Positions 40,175 through 49,469 of a DNA stretch of 64,000 nt are shown piece by piece. The position numbers and the translations under genes are program-made. The DNA comes from Aquificaceae bacterium (GTDB taxonomy: Bacteria > Aquificota > Aquificia > Aquificales > Aquificaceae): positions 544,001-608,000 of the forward strand of contig JAXSNR010000001.1 in assembly GCA_037925075.1 (NCBI GenBank). Reading direction: 5' to 3'. Position 1 is the first letter of the stretch. The number at the start of each line of letters is the position of its first letter. Under the pieces are notes generated by a model. It was not told where the DNA came from, made no database searches, and saw only the letters and a list, made by a program, of their open reading frames with translations.

Positions 40175-40678
40175 ATGAAGGAGTTTTTGATAAAGGTACT
40201 TGCCTTGCTTGGGATTGCTCAGGCGGGTCTTAACCTTCAAGAGGGTCAGCAAGCATACCCTTTTAGCCTAAAAAATCAGGATGGAAGGGTGGTCAACCTT
40301 TCGGACTACAAGGGCAGGTGGGTGGTGCTTTACTTTTATCCAAAGGCGGACACACCGGGATGCACCATGCAGGCAAAGGAGTACACACGGCTCATGCCAG
40401 AGTTTGAAAAGCTAAAGGTAAAGGTTTTTGGCATAAGCACCGACAACGTGGAAGGCATAAGGAAATTCAGAGAAAAGTACAACCTATCTGTGGAGTTTCT
40501 CTCAGACCCAAAGGGTAGCGTGGCAAAAGCCTACGGCGTGACGGTGATAGCGGGTTTTTGTTCAAGGGATACGGTGATCATAAACCCAGAGCTAAGGGTA
40601 GAAAAGATATACAGGGGCGTGGACCCATCCGCAGACCCAAGCAAGGTTTTAGATTACCTGAAAAACAAAGTAAAATAA
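40175..40678 (+). CDS. bcp: Peroxiredoxin, Bcp/PrxQ family, with apparent signal peptide
   Basis: LYFYPKADTPGCT, GIS.D, LSD; N-terminal MKEFLIKVLALLGIAQA. Confidence 0.88.
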   Translation: MKEFLIKVLALLGIAQAGLNLQEGQQAYPFSLKNQDGRVVNLSDYKGRWVVLYFYPKADTPGCTMQAKEYTRLMPEFEKLKVKVFGISTDNVEGIRKFREKYNLSVEFLSDPKGSVAKAYGVTVIAGFCSRDTVIINPELRVEKIYRGVDPSADPSKVLDYLKNKVK

Positions 40679-40719
40679 AACTCTTGAATTTAACATAGTC
40701 AGACCCACATACTTAATCT

Positions 40720-42726
40720 ATGCGTGCCAGCCTAAAGGTTTCTGGAATGACCTGTGTAAACTGTGCAAGAGCCATAGAGATAAGCCTTAAAAAGCTAAGG
40801 GGTGTTCGCAAGGTGGAGGTTTCCTTTGAGTTGGGGAGGGTGATGGTGGATTTTGACGAGGACCTTCTTAGCACCGACCAGATTGGAAGGGTTATAGAAT
40901 CTCTTGGCTACAAGGTTGAAGGGATAGAAGGTAGAAGAAGGTCCTTTGAACTTCTTCTCTTTTGTTGGGTTGCCAGCCTTATCATAATGGCTCTCATGTT
41001 CTTGCATATTCCCTTTAGCCTGTATATGCAAGCTCTTTTAGCTACTTTGGTCCAGCTTGTGGGAGGGTACAGCCTTTACAAGGGGGCTATAAACTCTCTT
41101 AGGGCAAAGGTGGGCAATATGGACCTGCTTGTCGCACTTGGAAGCACTTCCGCCCTTGTGTATAGTTTTCTATCTCTCTTTTCCCTTCTTCCCGGCGAGC
41201 CCTTCTTTGAGACCTCCGCCTTTTTGATAACCTTTGTAAGGACGGGTAAGTTTCTTGAAGAATGGGTAAGGTCCAGAGCCCTCAAGGGCTTGAGAGAGCT
41301 TTTCTCCTTGCAAACCCTTAAACTGAGGGTCCTTAAGGAGGGGAAAGAGGTGGAGAGGTCTCCTTTGGATGTTTTTGTGGGCGATACTCTAATCTTGAGA
41401 AGCGGTGATATGGTTGCGGTAGATTGCAAAATCTTGGAGGGTTCTCTTGAGGTGGACGAGTCCCTCGTAAGTGGAGAAAGTCTTCCTGTGGTCAAATCCA
41501 CAGGTGATAGGCTTATCTCCGGTAGTGTGGTCCTTTCTGGTTTTGCGAGGGCAAGGGTAGAAAAGACCTTCTCAAGCAGTTATGCAAACCTTCTTGTGAG
41601 GCTCGTGGAAGAAACACTTAGCAAAAAGCCAAAGGTTCAAAGGCTTGCGGACAGGTTTTCCCACTACTTTGTCCAGTTTGTGCTTTTGCTTTCCCTTTTG
41701 ACCCTTCTTTTCTGGTATGTGTCCACCGGAGACCTACAAAAGGCAATAAGCTTCTCACTGGCGGTGCTTGTGGTTTCCTGTCCCTGTGCCTTTGGTATTG
41801 CGGTTCCCCTCGCCCTTACCGTAGGGCTTTTTAGAGCATACAAGAAGGGCATTCTCATAAAGGACCCCTCCGCGGTTGAAAAGCACATAGACCTGATCCT
41901 CCTTGACAAGACGGGCACCCTCACAGAGGGCAAGCCAAAGCTGGCCAATTTTACCCTGTACGATGAATCCGCTCTTTCTGTCGCTTGCGGGCTTGCAAAG
42001 GCTTCAAACCATCCCTATTCCCTGTCCATAAGGGACCTTTGCAAGTCAAAGGGTATAGAGGGAGAGGTCCTTGAAAACTGCAAGGAAGAAGCTGGGCTAG
42101 GTGTGGTTTGTGGTGATTACATGCTTGGTAGGTCCGAGGGGGGCGTAGCCCTGTACAAAAAGGAAACAAAGCTTGCGGAGTTCTACTTTGAAGACAAGCT
42201 CAGACCAGAGGCAAAGGAGGTGGTTGATTTTCTCCGCTCAAAGGGCATAAGGGTTTATATGCTTACGGGAGATAAGGAAGAAAAGGCAAGGTCTGTTGCC
42301 CAAAGGCTTGGCATAGACCAGTTTCTTGCAAACGCAAAGCCCGAGGACAAGCTCAAGAAGGTACAGGAACTGAAAGGAGAAGGCTACAAGGTTGGGCTTG
42401 TGGGTGATGGTATAAACGACGCCCCCGCCATGGCTCAGGCTGACCTCTCCTTTGCCTTGGGCTCCGGCACCGATATGGCAAAAAGGGCGGGCGATGTGAT
42501 CCTTCTGAGGGGGCTTGGTGGACTAAGGGAGTTTTTTGAGATAAAGAAGAAAACCATGAGTAGGATAAAACAAAACCTCTTCTGGGCTTTTGTTTATAAC
42601 CTTTTGGGAATACCCATAGCTGGGGGGCTTCTCTATTCAAAGGGTATATACCTCAAGCCCGAGTTTGCGGGTCTTATGATGGCGGTTTCTTCTCTCAGTG
42701 TGGTGTTGAATTCCATAAGGAAATAG
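40720..42726 (+). CDS. copA: Cu(+)-type P1B ATPase
   Basis: GMTCVNC, SGES, CPC, DKTGT, HP, GDGINDAP, YN and MAVSS. Confidence 0.92.
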   Translation: MRASLKVSGMTCVNCARAIEISLKKLRGVRKVEVSFELGRVMVDFDEDLLSTDQIGRVIESLGYKVEGIEGRRRSFELLLFCWVASLIIMALMFLHIPFSLYMQALLATLVQLVGGYSLYKGAINSLRAKVGNMDLLVALGSTSALVYSFLSLFSLLPGEPFFETSAFLITFVRTGKFLEEWVRSRALKGLRELFSLQTLKLRVLKEGKEVERSPLDVFVGDTLILRSGDMVAVDCKILEGSLEVDESLVSGESLPVVKSTGDRLISGSVVLSGFARARVEKTFSSSYANLLVRLVEETLSKKPKVQRLADRFSHYFVQFVLLLSLLTLLFWYVSTGDLQKAISFSLAVLVVSCPCAFGIAVPLALTVGLFRAYKKGILIKDPSAVEKHIDLILLDKTGTLTEGKPKLANFTLYDESALSVACGLAKASNHPYSLSIRDLCKSKGIEGEVLENCKEEAGLGVVCGDYMLGRSEGGVALYKKETKLAEFYFEDKLRPEAKEVVDFLRSKGIRVYMLTGDKEEKARSVAQRLGIDQFLANAKPEDKLKKVQELKGEGYKVGLVGDGINDAPAMAQADLSFALGSGTDMAKRAGDVILLRGLGGLREFFEIKKKTMSRIKQNLFWAFVYNLLGIPIAGGLLYSKGIYLKPEFAGLMMAVSSLSVVLNSIRK

Positions 42727-42760
42727 TGTATAATACATAGGCTATACCGAGGAGGTAAAT

Positions 42761-43000
42761 ATGGCTTTGAGGATAAGAGTTTCAAGGTACGGAAGGAGAC
42801 ATCATCCCATATACAGGCTTGTGGTGGCTGACGCAAAGGCTCCAAGGGATGGTAAGGTGGTGGACATAATAGCCACCTACGACCCAGTAAACAAAAGGCT
42901 TATAGAGGTAAAGGAAGAAAAGCTAAAGGATTGGCTCCAAAAGGGAGCCCAGTTAACAGACAGAGCAGAAGCCATACTCAAAAACGCAAAAATACTCTAA
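42761..43000 (+). CDS. rpsP: 30S ribosomal protein S16
   Basis: RIR..RYG...P.YRLVVAD...RDG, GAQ.T. Confidence 0.96.
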   Translation: MALRIRVSRYGRRHHPIYRLVVADAKAPRDGKVVDIIATYDPVNKRLIEVKEEKLKDWLQKGAQLTDRAEAILKNAKIL

Positions 43001-43013
43001 CAGGAGGTAGAAA

Positions 43014-43253
43014 ATGAGCCAACTTAGGGACATCGTGGAAATAACAGCCAAATCCCTTGTGGACAACCCTGAGAGGGTAAACGTCCAAGAAATTGAGGGA
43101 GAAAAGACGGTGGTAATCGAACTCAGGGTTGACAAGAACGACCTTGGGAAGGTCATAGGAAGAGGTGGGCGCATAGCAAGGTCTCTCAGGACCATCCTTT
43201 CCTCCATGGGCAGAAGGATAAACAAAAGGGTGGTGCTTGAAATCCTTGAGTAG
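43014..43253 (+). CDS. khpA: KH-domain RNA-binding protein
   Basis: LVDNPE, DLGKVIGRGGR; follows rpsP. Confidence 0.92.
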   Translation: MSQLRDIVEITAKSLVDNPERVNVQEIEGEKTVVIELRVDKNDLGKVIGRGGRIARSLRTILSSMGRRINKRVVLEILE

Positions 43254-43269
43254 TTTATAATAGACCTCC

Positions 43270-44409
43270 ATGGGAAGGACTGTAAAAATGGCAGAGTCCC
43301 CCATGGAGGGGCACCCAGACAAACTGGCGGACCTCATAGCGGACGCCCTTTTGGATGAGTTTATAAAAAAAGACCCATACAGTAGAGTTTCCCTTGAAAT
43401 ACTTCTTATATCTGGCATGACCTTTATCGCTGGTCATGTTTCCACAGAGAGCTATGTGGATATACCCGGCGTTGTAAGAAGAACCATAAAGGAGGTGGGC
43501 TACAACAGGCCAGAATATGGCTTTGATGCGGATTCCTCCGCGGTTATAACCTCCATAGAAGAGCAGAGCCCTGAGATAGTTTTGGGTATATCTTCGGAGG
43601 GTGCGGGAGATACCGCAACGGTTGTAGGTTATGCGTGCAACGAAACCAAAAACCTTATGCCCACTCCCATAAGCCTCGCCCATGAGCTTTCTCAAAAGAT
43701 ATCGGAGCTAAGAAAATCCGGCAAGGCACCCTTTTTGAGACCCGACGGCAAGGTGCTTGTGACGGTGCTTTATGAGGACAACAAGCCCCTTTTTGTAAAG
43801 GATATAATAGCCTTCTGCCAGCATGACCCAGAGACCCCCCTTGAAAAGCTCAGAGATTTTATAACCGAAGAGGCGGTCAAAAGGGTTGTACCCCAAAACC
43901 TGATAGGTAAAGACACTCGCATATTGGTAAATCCCTCTGGTAGGTTTGTGCTGGGAGGTCCTGCGGCAGACGCAGGGCAGACGGGCAGGAAGATAGTCTC
44001 AGACGCCTACGGTGATGTGGCTTACTCTGGCGGTAGTGCCTTTTCTGGCAAAGACCCCACAAAGACGGACAGAACAGCCTCTTACATGGCAAGGCTTATG
44101 GCAAAGCATGTGGTGGCAAGCGGTCTTGCGGACAGGTGCATGGTTCAGATGGCTTACGCCTTTGGCATGAGCGAGGTAATAGCCTTTGATATAGAAACCT
44201 ACGGCACAGAGAAGGTGGAAAAGGAAAAGATAAGACAAAGGCTTTTGGAAGTTTTCCCAACAAGCCCCAAGAGGATGGTGGATTTTCTTGACCTAAGAAA
44301 GCCCATATACAAACAGACCGCTTGCTATGGACATTTTGGAAAGGAAAACCTTCCTTGGGAAAGGCTTACAAAGATTGAAGAGTTTTTAGAGCTCAAGGAG
44401 TCTATCTAA
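43270..44409 (+). CDS. metK: Methionine adenosyltransferase (divergent bacterial type)
   Basis: EGHPDK, GAGD, RPDGK, GRFVLGGP, FSGKDPTK.DR, YGHFG. Confidence 0.9.
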   Translation: MGRTVKMAESPMEGHPDKLADLIADALLDEFIKKDPYSRVSLEILLISGMTFIAGHVSTESYVDIPGVVRRTIKEVGYNRPEYGFDADSSAVITSIEEQSPEIVLGISSEGAGDTATVVGYACNETKNLMPTPISLAHELSQKISELRKSGKAPFLRPDGKVLVTVLYEDNKPLFVKDIIAFCQHDPETPLEKLRDFITEEAVKRVVPQNLIGKDTRILVNPSGRFVLGGPAADAGQTGRKIVSDAYGDVAYSGGSAFSGKDPTKTDRTASYMARLMAKHVVASGLADRCMVQMAYAFGMSEVIAFDIETYGTEKVEKEKIRQRLLEVFPTSPKRMVDFLDLRKPIYKQTACYGHFGKENLPWERLTKIEEFLELKESI

Positions 44410-45234
44410 ATAAACCGCACCCCCCACCGCGCATAGGTCCCTTCCCAAAGCCTGATAAAGACCATCATACCTACCACCACCGGCAACAGGGTAGCCAAGA
44501 GAAGGATGGAAAAACTCAAAGACAAGCCCGGTGTAATAGTCCTGAGGGCGAAGCTCAGAAAGGTCAAAAAGTAGGTTAAGGTCCCTCAGACTTTCATACA
44601 CCTCCAAAAGCCCATCACACTCCAAAGAAAACTCGGGATGCTTTTCCTTAAACTTTTCCAGCACCTCTGGACCGCCTTGTGCGGTAAGCAGTTCCAAAAG
44701 CTCGGGTGCATCAGAAAGCTCTGAGAAGTTCTTCTCAAGCAGGACTTTCTTATGGTTCTCTCCGTACCTTTTTAGAAGGCTTTGGGCTATGCCCACATGT
44801 CCCACGCTCACTGTCAGTTCCCTTAGCCCACAGGCTTTTAGGTAGTCTCCTATCTTCTGGATCACCTCCACTTCCGCCTTGCGTGAAGGTTCTCCAAGAA
44901 GCTCAATACCCACCTGAAAGCTTTCAAACTCCACCTTTGAGGAAAAGGTGTTCCCAAAGTAGAAAACCCTAAGGGGTAGCTCCAATTCCCTTTGAAGGCT
45001 AAGAAACCTTGCAAGGCTTACAGTCCAGTCTTTTCTTAGGCACAGAAGGTTTCCCTCCTGAAGGCTTCCCACCACAAAAGCCCCCTCACCATGAAAACTG
45101 GGACTGTACAGCTCTATGGAGGGAAGCATAATGTACCTGTAGCCAGAAAAGGTTTCACAGGCTTTTAGGAAAAAGTCTTTTAGCTTTTCTGATTCTTCAA
45201 AGTTAAAAAACCGCTCCTGTGGTGGGAATTTCAC
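44386..45234 (-). CDS. hisZ: ATP phosphoribosyltransferase regulatory subunit
   Basis: LRKDWT, QVGIELLG, YYTGLVFE, GGGRYD; HisRS-like without anticodon domain. Confidence 0.88.
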   Translation of the reverse strand: MKFPPQERFFNFEESEKLKDFFLKACETFSGYRYIMLPSIELYSPSFHGEGAFVVGSLQEGNLLCLRKDWTVSLARFLSLQRELELPLRVFYFGNTFSSKVEFESFQVGIELLGEPSRKAEVEVIQKIGDYLKACGLRELTVSVGHVGIAQSLLKRYGENHKKVLLEKNFSELSDAPELLELLTAQGGPEVLEKFKEKHPEFSLECDGLLEVYESLRDLNLLFDLSELRPQDYYTGLVFEFFHPSLGYPVAGGGRYDGLYQALGRDLCAVGGAVYLDRLLEL

Positions 45235-46265
45235 GGAGAGTTATTATAACAAGAGGAATTCTTAAAGGCTTGACTTTTCAAAAGCACCTCTTCCCACTCT
45301 CTCTCTGGCAAAGAGTCCCAGACTATGCCAGCACCTGCATAGTAAGAAAGCCTATCGCCCGAGCCTATGGCAGTCCTTATAAGCACGCTAAGAAGGAAAT
45401 CTTCACCCTTTAAAAGCCCACCAGCCCCGCAGTAATAATCTCTACTGTGAGGCTCAAGCTGGTCTATGACCTCCACCGCCTTTCTCTTGGGAGCACCCAC
45501 CACGGAGGCAGGTGGAAAGGTATTCTGTAGTATCTCTGGGAGGCTTTTGTTGGTTTTTGCCCTCACCGTGGAATGCATCTGAAAAAGGGTTTTGTACTCT
45601 TCCACTCTAAAAAGCTCTGGCACCTCCACGCTTCCGCACAAGGCTATTCTTGAAAGATCGTTCCTTACCATGTCCGTTATCATGAGATTTTCCGCCCTAT
45701 CCTTTTCGCTCTTCAAAAGCTCTTGCCTTGTTTTTGCGGTTCCCTTTATGGGCTTGCTGAGGACAACCTCCCCACGCTTTTGTAAAAAAAGCTCCATAGA
45801 ACCACTTATGATGTAGAAATCTTCAAGGTCAAGGAAAAAGGCATAGGGCACAGGCTGGCTTTTGTAGTACCTAACAAAAAGGTCAAGAGGTTCTCCCTTA
45901 AGGGAAAAGTCAAATCTACAGGTGAGGTTAAGTTGATAAACCACGCCCTCTGAGATAAGCCTTTTTACATCCCTTACCGCTCCCACATAGCTCCTACTAT
46001 CAAAGGAAGAATACACCTCCTCAAGCCTTACACCTCTTGGTCTATGGAAAAAGCCCTCCACACCATCCAGTTCAAGGTATAAAATAGGAGGAAAGCCCGA
46101 ACTTTTTACCCGCAAGCCCAAGGTTTGAGAGCTAAAAGAATAAGAAAGCACAAGAAAGCCAAAGCCCTTTAGCCTTTCAAGAGAGTCAAGAAAATAAAGC
46201 CTTTTTACCTTAGCCCGAAAAAGCCCCACCTTCCCAAACCAACCACCCGAAAGAAAAAGACGCAT
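45231..46265 (-). CDS. pabB: Chorismate-binding enzyme, aminodeoxychorismate synthase component I-like
   Basis: YQLNL, SMELFL, KPIKGT, AENLMITDMVRND, GAPK, AGAGIVWDS. Confidence 0.8.
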   Translation of the reverse strand: MRLFLSGGWFGKVGLFRAKVKRLYFLDSLERLKGFGFLVLSYSFSSQTLGLRVKSSGFPPILYLELDGVEGFFHRPRGVRLEEVYSSFDSRSYVGAVRDVKRLISEGVVYQLNLTCRFDFSLKGEPLDLFVRYYKSQPVPYAFFLDLEDFYIISGSMELFLQKRGEVVLSKPIKGTAKTRQELLKSEKDRAENLMITDMVRNDLSRIALCGSVEVPELFRVEEYKTLFQMHSTVRAKTNKSLPEILQNTFPPASVVGAPKRKAVEVIDQLEPHSRDYYCGAGGLLKGEDFLLSVLIRTAIGSGDRLSYYAGAGIVWDSLPEREWEEVLLKSQAFKNSSCYNNSP

Positions 46266-46757
46266 TCACAACAGCCTTTTCCACTCTTGAACCATATGCT
46301 GGTCAATGTCCACCAAGACAACCCTCTTAAGGCTCTTAGCTTGAAAACTTTTTATCTCCTCAATCATAGCCTTTGCGGATACATCCTTTGGAAGCCTTCC
46401 CACGCCCGTGCCCATACCCGGCATGGCAATACTTTCAAAACCCATCCTATCCGCAAGCTCCAACCCAGCCCTTACCGCTTTTCTTACCTTCTCCTCAGTG
46501 GTTTCCATGGCAGGCTCTTCCATGGTGGGTGCATGTATAACGCCCTGAAAAGGTAGCTTCCCTGCTGTGGTAAGAACCGCAGACCCAACGGGTATTGGAG
46601 CCTTTGAAACCGCCTCCCTTTCTATCTCCTCACCCCCAAACCTCTTGATAATGCCCGCAACACCACCACCCATAAGACCAAGAGAGTTTGCGGGATTTAC
46701 TATGGCATCCACCTCAACCTCAAGAAGACTTCCAAGATGTACCTCTATGCTTAGCAT
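46266..46757 (-). CDS. Macro-domain (ADP-ribose-binding) protein
   Basis: DAIVNPAN, GGGVA, VIHAP, PGMGTGVG. Confidence 0.92.
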   Translation of the reverse strand: MLSIEVHLGSLLEVEVDAIVNPANSLGLMGGGVAGIIKRFGGEEIEREAVSKAPIPVGSAVLTTAGKLPFQGVIHAPTMEEPAMETTEEKVRKAVRAGLELADRMGFESIAMPGMGTGVGRLPKDVSAKAMIEEIKSFQAKSLKRVVLVDIDQHMVQEWKRLL

Positions 46758-46765
46758 GATAAGTG

Positions 46766-46839
46766 CGTCCCCGGGAGGATTCGAACCTCCGACCTCGAGA
46801 TTAGGAATCTCGCGCTCTGTCCTTCTGAGCTACGGGGAC
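46766..46839 (-). tRNA. tRNA-Arg(CCT), CCA not encoded
   Basis: Acceptor GTCCCCG/CGGGGAC, anticodon arm CGAGA-TTCCTAA-TCTCG, T loop GTTCGAATC. Confidence 0.96.
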
Positions 46840-46850
46840 TAAGATATATA

Positions 46851-47229
46851 TTATATCAAACCCAGACTTTTTGCGTACTCTCCATATTTTTTATAAGTCT
46901 TTCCTATATGACCTGCAAGCCACCCCATGCCAAGGATAGAGCTTCTCTAAAAGCTACTACATCACCCGATTGTAAGGCTGGAAATAGGTCCTGTATGACC
47001 TTTCTAAAGTTCTCATGTGCCCGCTTATGCCTCTCAAACTCTGGATAGCCTATGCTTTGTAGAAATTTCTCTTCTCTGGTAAGGTGGTAGTCCACATAAT
47101 AAAGAAGCTTTTCCTTAAAGACTGATATTGCCTCTTCCTACCTTCCTTGATTAGCTCATAAACCTGATTGAGAAGTTCAACAAGCATGTTATGGTCCTTG
47201 TCCATTTCTGGCACGCCAGCGAGTAAGTT
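46851..47229 (-). pseudogene. Bacteriohemerythrin pseudogene
   Basis: GVPEMDKDH..L, then YH..REE, HKRAH, then WL.GHI...KKY in shifted frames (shifts near 47135 and 46925); no intact start. Confidence 0.85.
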
Positions 47230-47248
47230 TCAGGTATTTTATTGAATC

Positions 47249-47920
47249 CTATTTCAGAACCTTTGCGGTCTTATGATAAAAGATGTACAAATCCAGCTCC
47301 GCCTGAGACATGTTAAGCTCTCTACATATATCTTCCAGCTTCCTTTCCGCCTCAAGGTATATTTTTCTTGTAAGAGTTTTGTAGTCCTGCAGAAGTCCCT
47401 TTTCCTTTAAGTATCTAAAGATGTGTCTGTCCACTATTGCCACATCCTCAAAGCCTATGTTCCTTAGAAAATGAGAAGCCTCCTTAAGCCCCAAGCCCTC
47501 AATCTTGTATTTGGAACAGCTATCGCTCAACAGGTCTCTAAGTGTTTTTCCGCTTTCCTTTGCACCCTTTAAAAGCTCCTCCACCTTTTCAAACCTTTCT
47601 CTGGCTTTAACTATTCTCTCCACCCTTTGCCTTGTAAAGCGATAGCCAACAGAAGCTATCACTTCTTCCAACTCTTCCAAGCTAAGCTTTCTAAAGCCCT
47701 CAATACCTATCATACTTTGTAGTTTTATACCCATAAGTACGGAAGAGTTGGCTGTTAGAATACAAAAACAAAGCTCGGAGAATATATCCGCCTGATAAAC
47801 ATAGTCCGCAAAAGGTCTAAAGTCAAAGGTAGTTATCCCCTTCTCACCAAGCTCCTTGAACTCCGCAAGCCTTCTATCCACGTAGGGCTTTATACTATCC
47901 TTTTTTAGCTCTTCAAACAC
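47249..47920 (-). CDS. ogg: 8-oxoguanine DNA glycosylase/AP lyase (archaeal-type Ogg2)
   Basis: ELCFCILTAN, GLGLKEASHFLRN, AIVDRH, C-terminal VLK. Confidence 0.9.
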   Translation of the reverse strand: MFEELKKDSIKPYVDRRLAEFKELGEKGITTFDFRPFADYVYQADIFSELCFCILTANSSVLMGIKLQSMIGIEGFRKLSLEELEEVIASVGYRFTRQRVERIVKARERFEKVEELLKGAKESGKTLRDLLSDSCSKYKIEGLGLKEASHFLRNIGFEDVAIVDRHIFRYLKEKGLLQDYKTLTRKIYLEAERKLEDICRELNMSQAELDLYIFYHKTAKVLK

Positions 47921-49457
47921 CGCAAACCTCCTTTATAAGCTCCTTTGCCCCTTCCAGTGTTTTGCTGTTTACCGTTCCCATAAGCCTTGCTATCTCCTCA
48001 AGCCTTTCCTTTTCTGAAAGTTCTACTACCCTTATTAGGGGCATGCGTCCAATGGATTCTTTTTTTGTGGTAAAGTGCTTGTCTGAAGCACTTGCTATGG
48101 CTGGTGAGTGGGTCACCACTATAAGCTGTGTATTTTTTGAAAGCTCCCTGAGTAGTTTGGCAAGCTTGATGGATGTGGCTCCGCTTATGCCAGTATCTAC
48201 TTCATCCAACACGTAGGTTTGAGCTGGTGGTGAAAGCATAAAAAGGGCAAGGGAAAGCCTTGATATTTCACCACCAGAAGCCACCTCTGATATGTCCCTT
48301 TCATCCCTCCCATAGGAAGAGAAAAGAAACCTCACCTGCTCTCTGCCGTATCTTCCTTCCCTTCCTTCAAAGGAAACCTTAAAGCTCGCTTCTTCAAGAC
48401 CCATATTCTTGAGGTATTCAAGCACCCTTTTTTCAAAATCTTCCTTTGCCTTGAGCCTCATATGGCTTAACTTTTCATAAAGCCTATCAAGCTCTTCCCT
48501 CTTGAGGCTTAGCTCCTTTTCTATTTCTTGCGTGTCCTCTTCCTCAAGCCTTTGAAGTTCCTCTTTTAAAAGTAGCATGTGCTTGTATATGTCCTCGTAG
48601 CTCATCCTGTATTTTCTTTCAAGCGTTTGGACTTTAAATACCTTTTGGTTAAGGTTGTCCAACTCTTCCTGACTGTAGGATATGAGCTTTGACCTTAGAT
48701 TTCTTTCAAGTTCTCTGATGTTTTCCTCAATAAGTTGAGGTTCAAAGCCTTCTTGAAAAACTCCAATACTTGTAAGCTCTTTAATAGCTTTTTTCAAAAC
48801 TTTGAAACCTTCCAATGATGCCTCAATGCCAGAAAGTGCCTGAAAAATAAGGCTATTTACCTTCTCCGCCAAGTTTATCTTCTCAAGCCTATTTCTTACC
48901 GAGATGTACTCATCAGGCGTTAGCCCCACCTCTTGTATCTTCTCTATCTCCTCCAGTATGATCTTCCTTCTTACCTCTCTTTCAATCCGTCTCTGGTTTG
49001 CATTTTTTAGCTTTTCCTCCAGCTCCACCACCTGCTCGTAAAGCTTTTCCACAGATTTTCTGATTTCTACACATCCCCCAAAGCTATCGTAAACATCCCT
49101 TTGAAAGTCCGCCCTTAGTATCTTTGTTCTGTCGTTCTGCCCTTGAAGGAGAAGGCTTGAAGAAAGCAATTCTTCCACCACCTTTTTTGTACTGCCTCTT
49201 CCGTTTAGATAATACCTGCTTCTGCCCTTTGATAATTCTCTCCTTACAACAAAGGGCTCACCCTCTATAAGAAGCTCCGCTTCCACGCAAGTACCCTCTG
49301 GATAGTCTCCATCCTGTCCCATGAGAAAGAGCAAGGAAGCCACCGTAAGGGACTTTCCTGTGCCAGTCTCTCCAGTGATAACGTTCAAGCCCTTGTCAAA
49401 AAAAATCTCCTCATCTTTTATAAAGAAGAAGTTTTCAAGGCTTAACCTTGTAAGCAT
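47913..49457 (-). CDS. recN: DNA repair protein RecN
   Basis: ITGETGTGKS, coiled coil, ASGGEISR, DEVDTGISG, VTH, EIARL. Confidence 0.93.
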   Translation of the reverse strand: MLTRLSLENFFFIKDEEIFFDKGLNVITGETGTGKSLTVASLLFLMGQDGDYPEGTCVEAELLIEGEPFVVRRELSKGRSRYYLNGRGSTKKVVEELLSSSLLLQGQNDRTKILRADFQRDVYDSFGGCVEIRKSVEKLYEQVVELEEKLKNANQRRIEREVRRKIILEEIEKIQEVGLTPDEYISVRNRLEKINLAEKVNSLIFQALSGIEASLEGFKVLKKAIKELTSIGVFQEGFEPQLIEENIRELERNLRSKLISYSQEELDNLNQKVFKVQTLERKYRMSYEDIYKHMLLLKEELQRLEEEDTQEIEKELSLKREELDRLYEKLSHMRLKAKEDFEKRVLEYLKNMGLEEASFKVSFEGREGRYGREQVRFLFSSYGRDERDISEVASGGEISRLSLALFMLSPPAQTYVLDEVDTGISGATSIKLAKLLRELSKNTQLIVVTHSPAIASASDKHFTTKKESIGRMPLIRVVELSEKERLEEIARLMGTVNSKTLEGAKELIKEVCGV

Positions 49458-49469
49458 ATAGATTAAAAT

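Noticed and set aside
16555..46839. Prophage or integrative element at either tRNA
   Set aside because: No integrase, transposase or phage gene, and no duplicated tRNA 3' end seen
46904..47095. 63-aa ORF as an independent gene
   Set aside because: It is the middle fragment of the hemerythrin pseudogene
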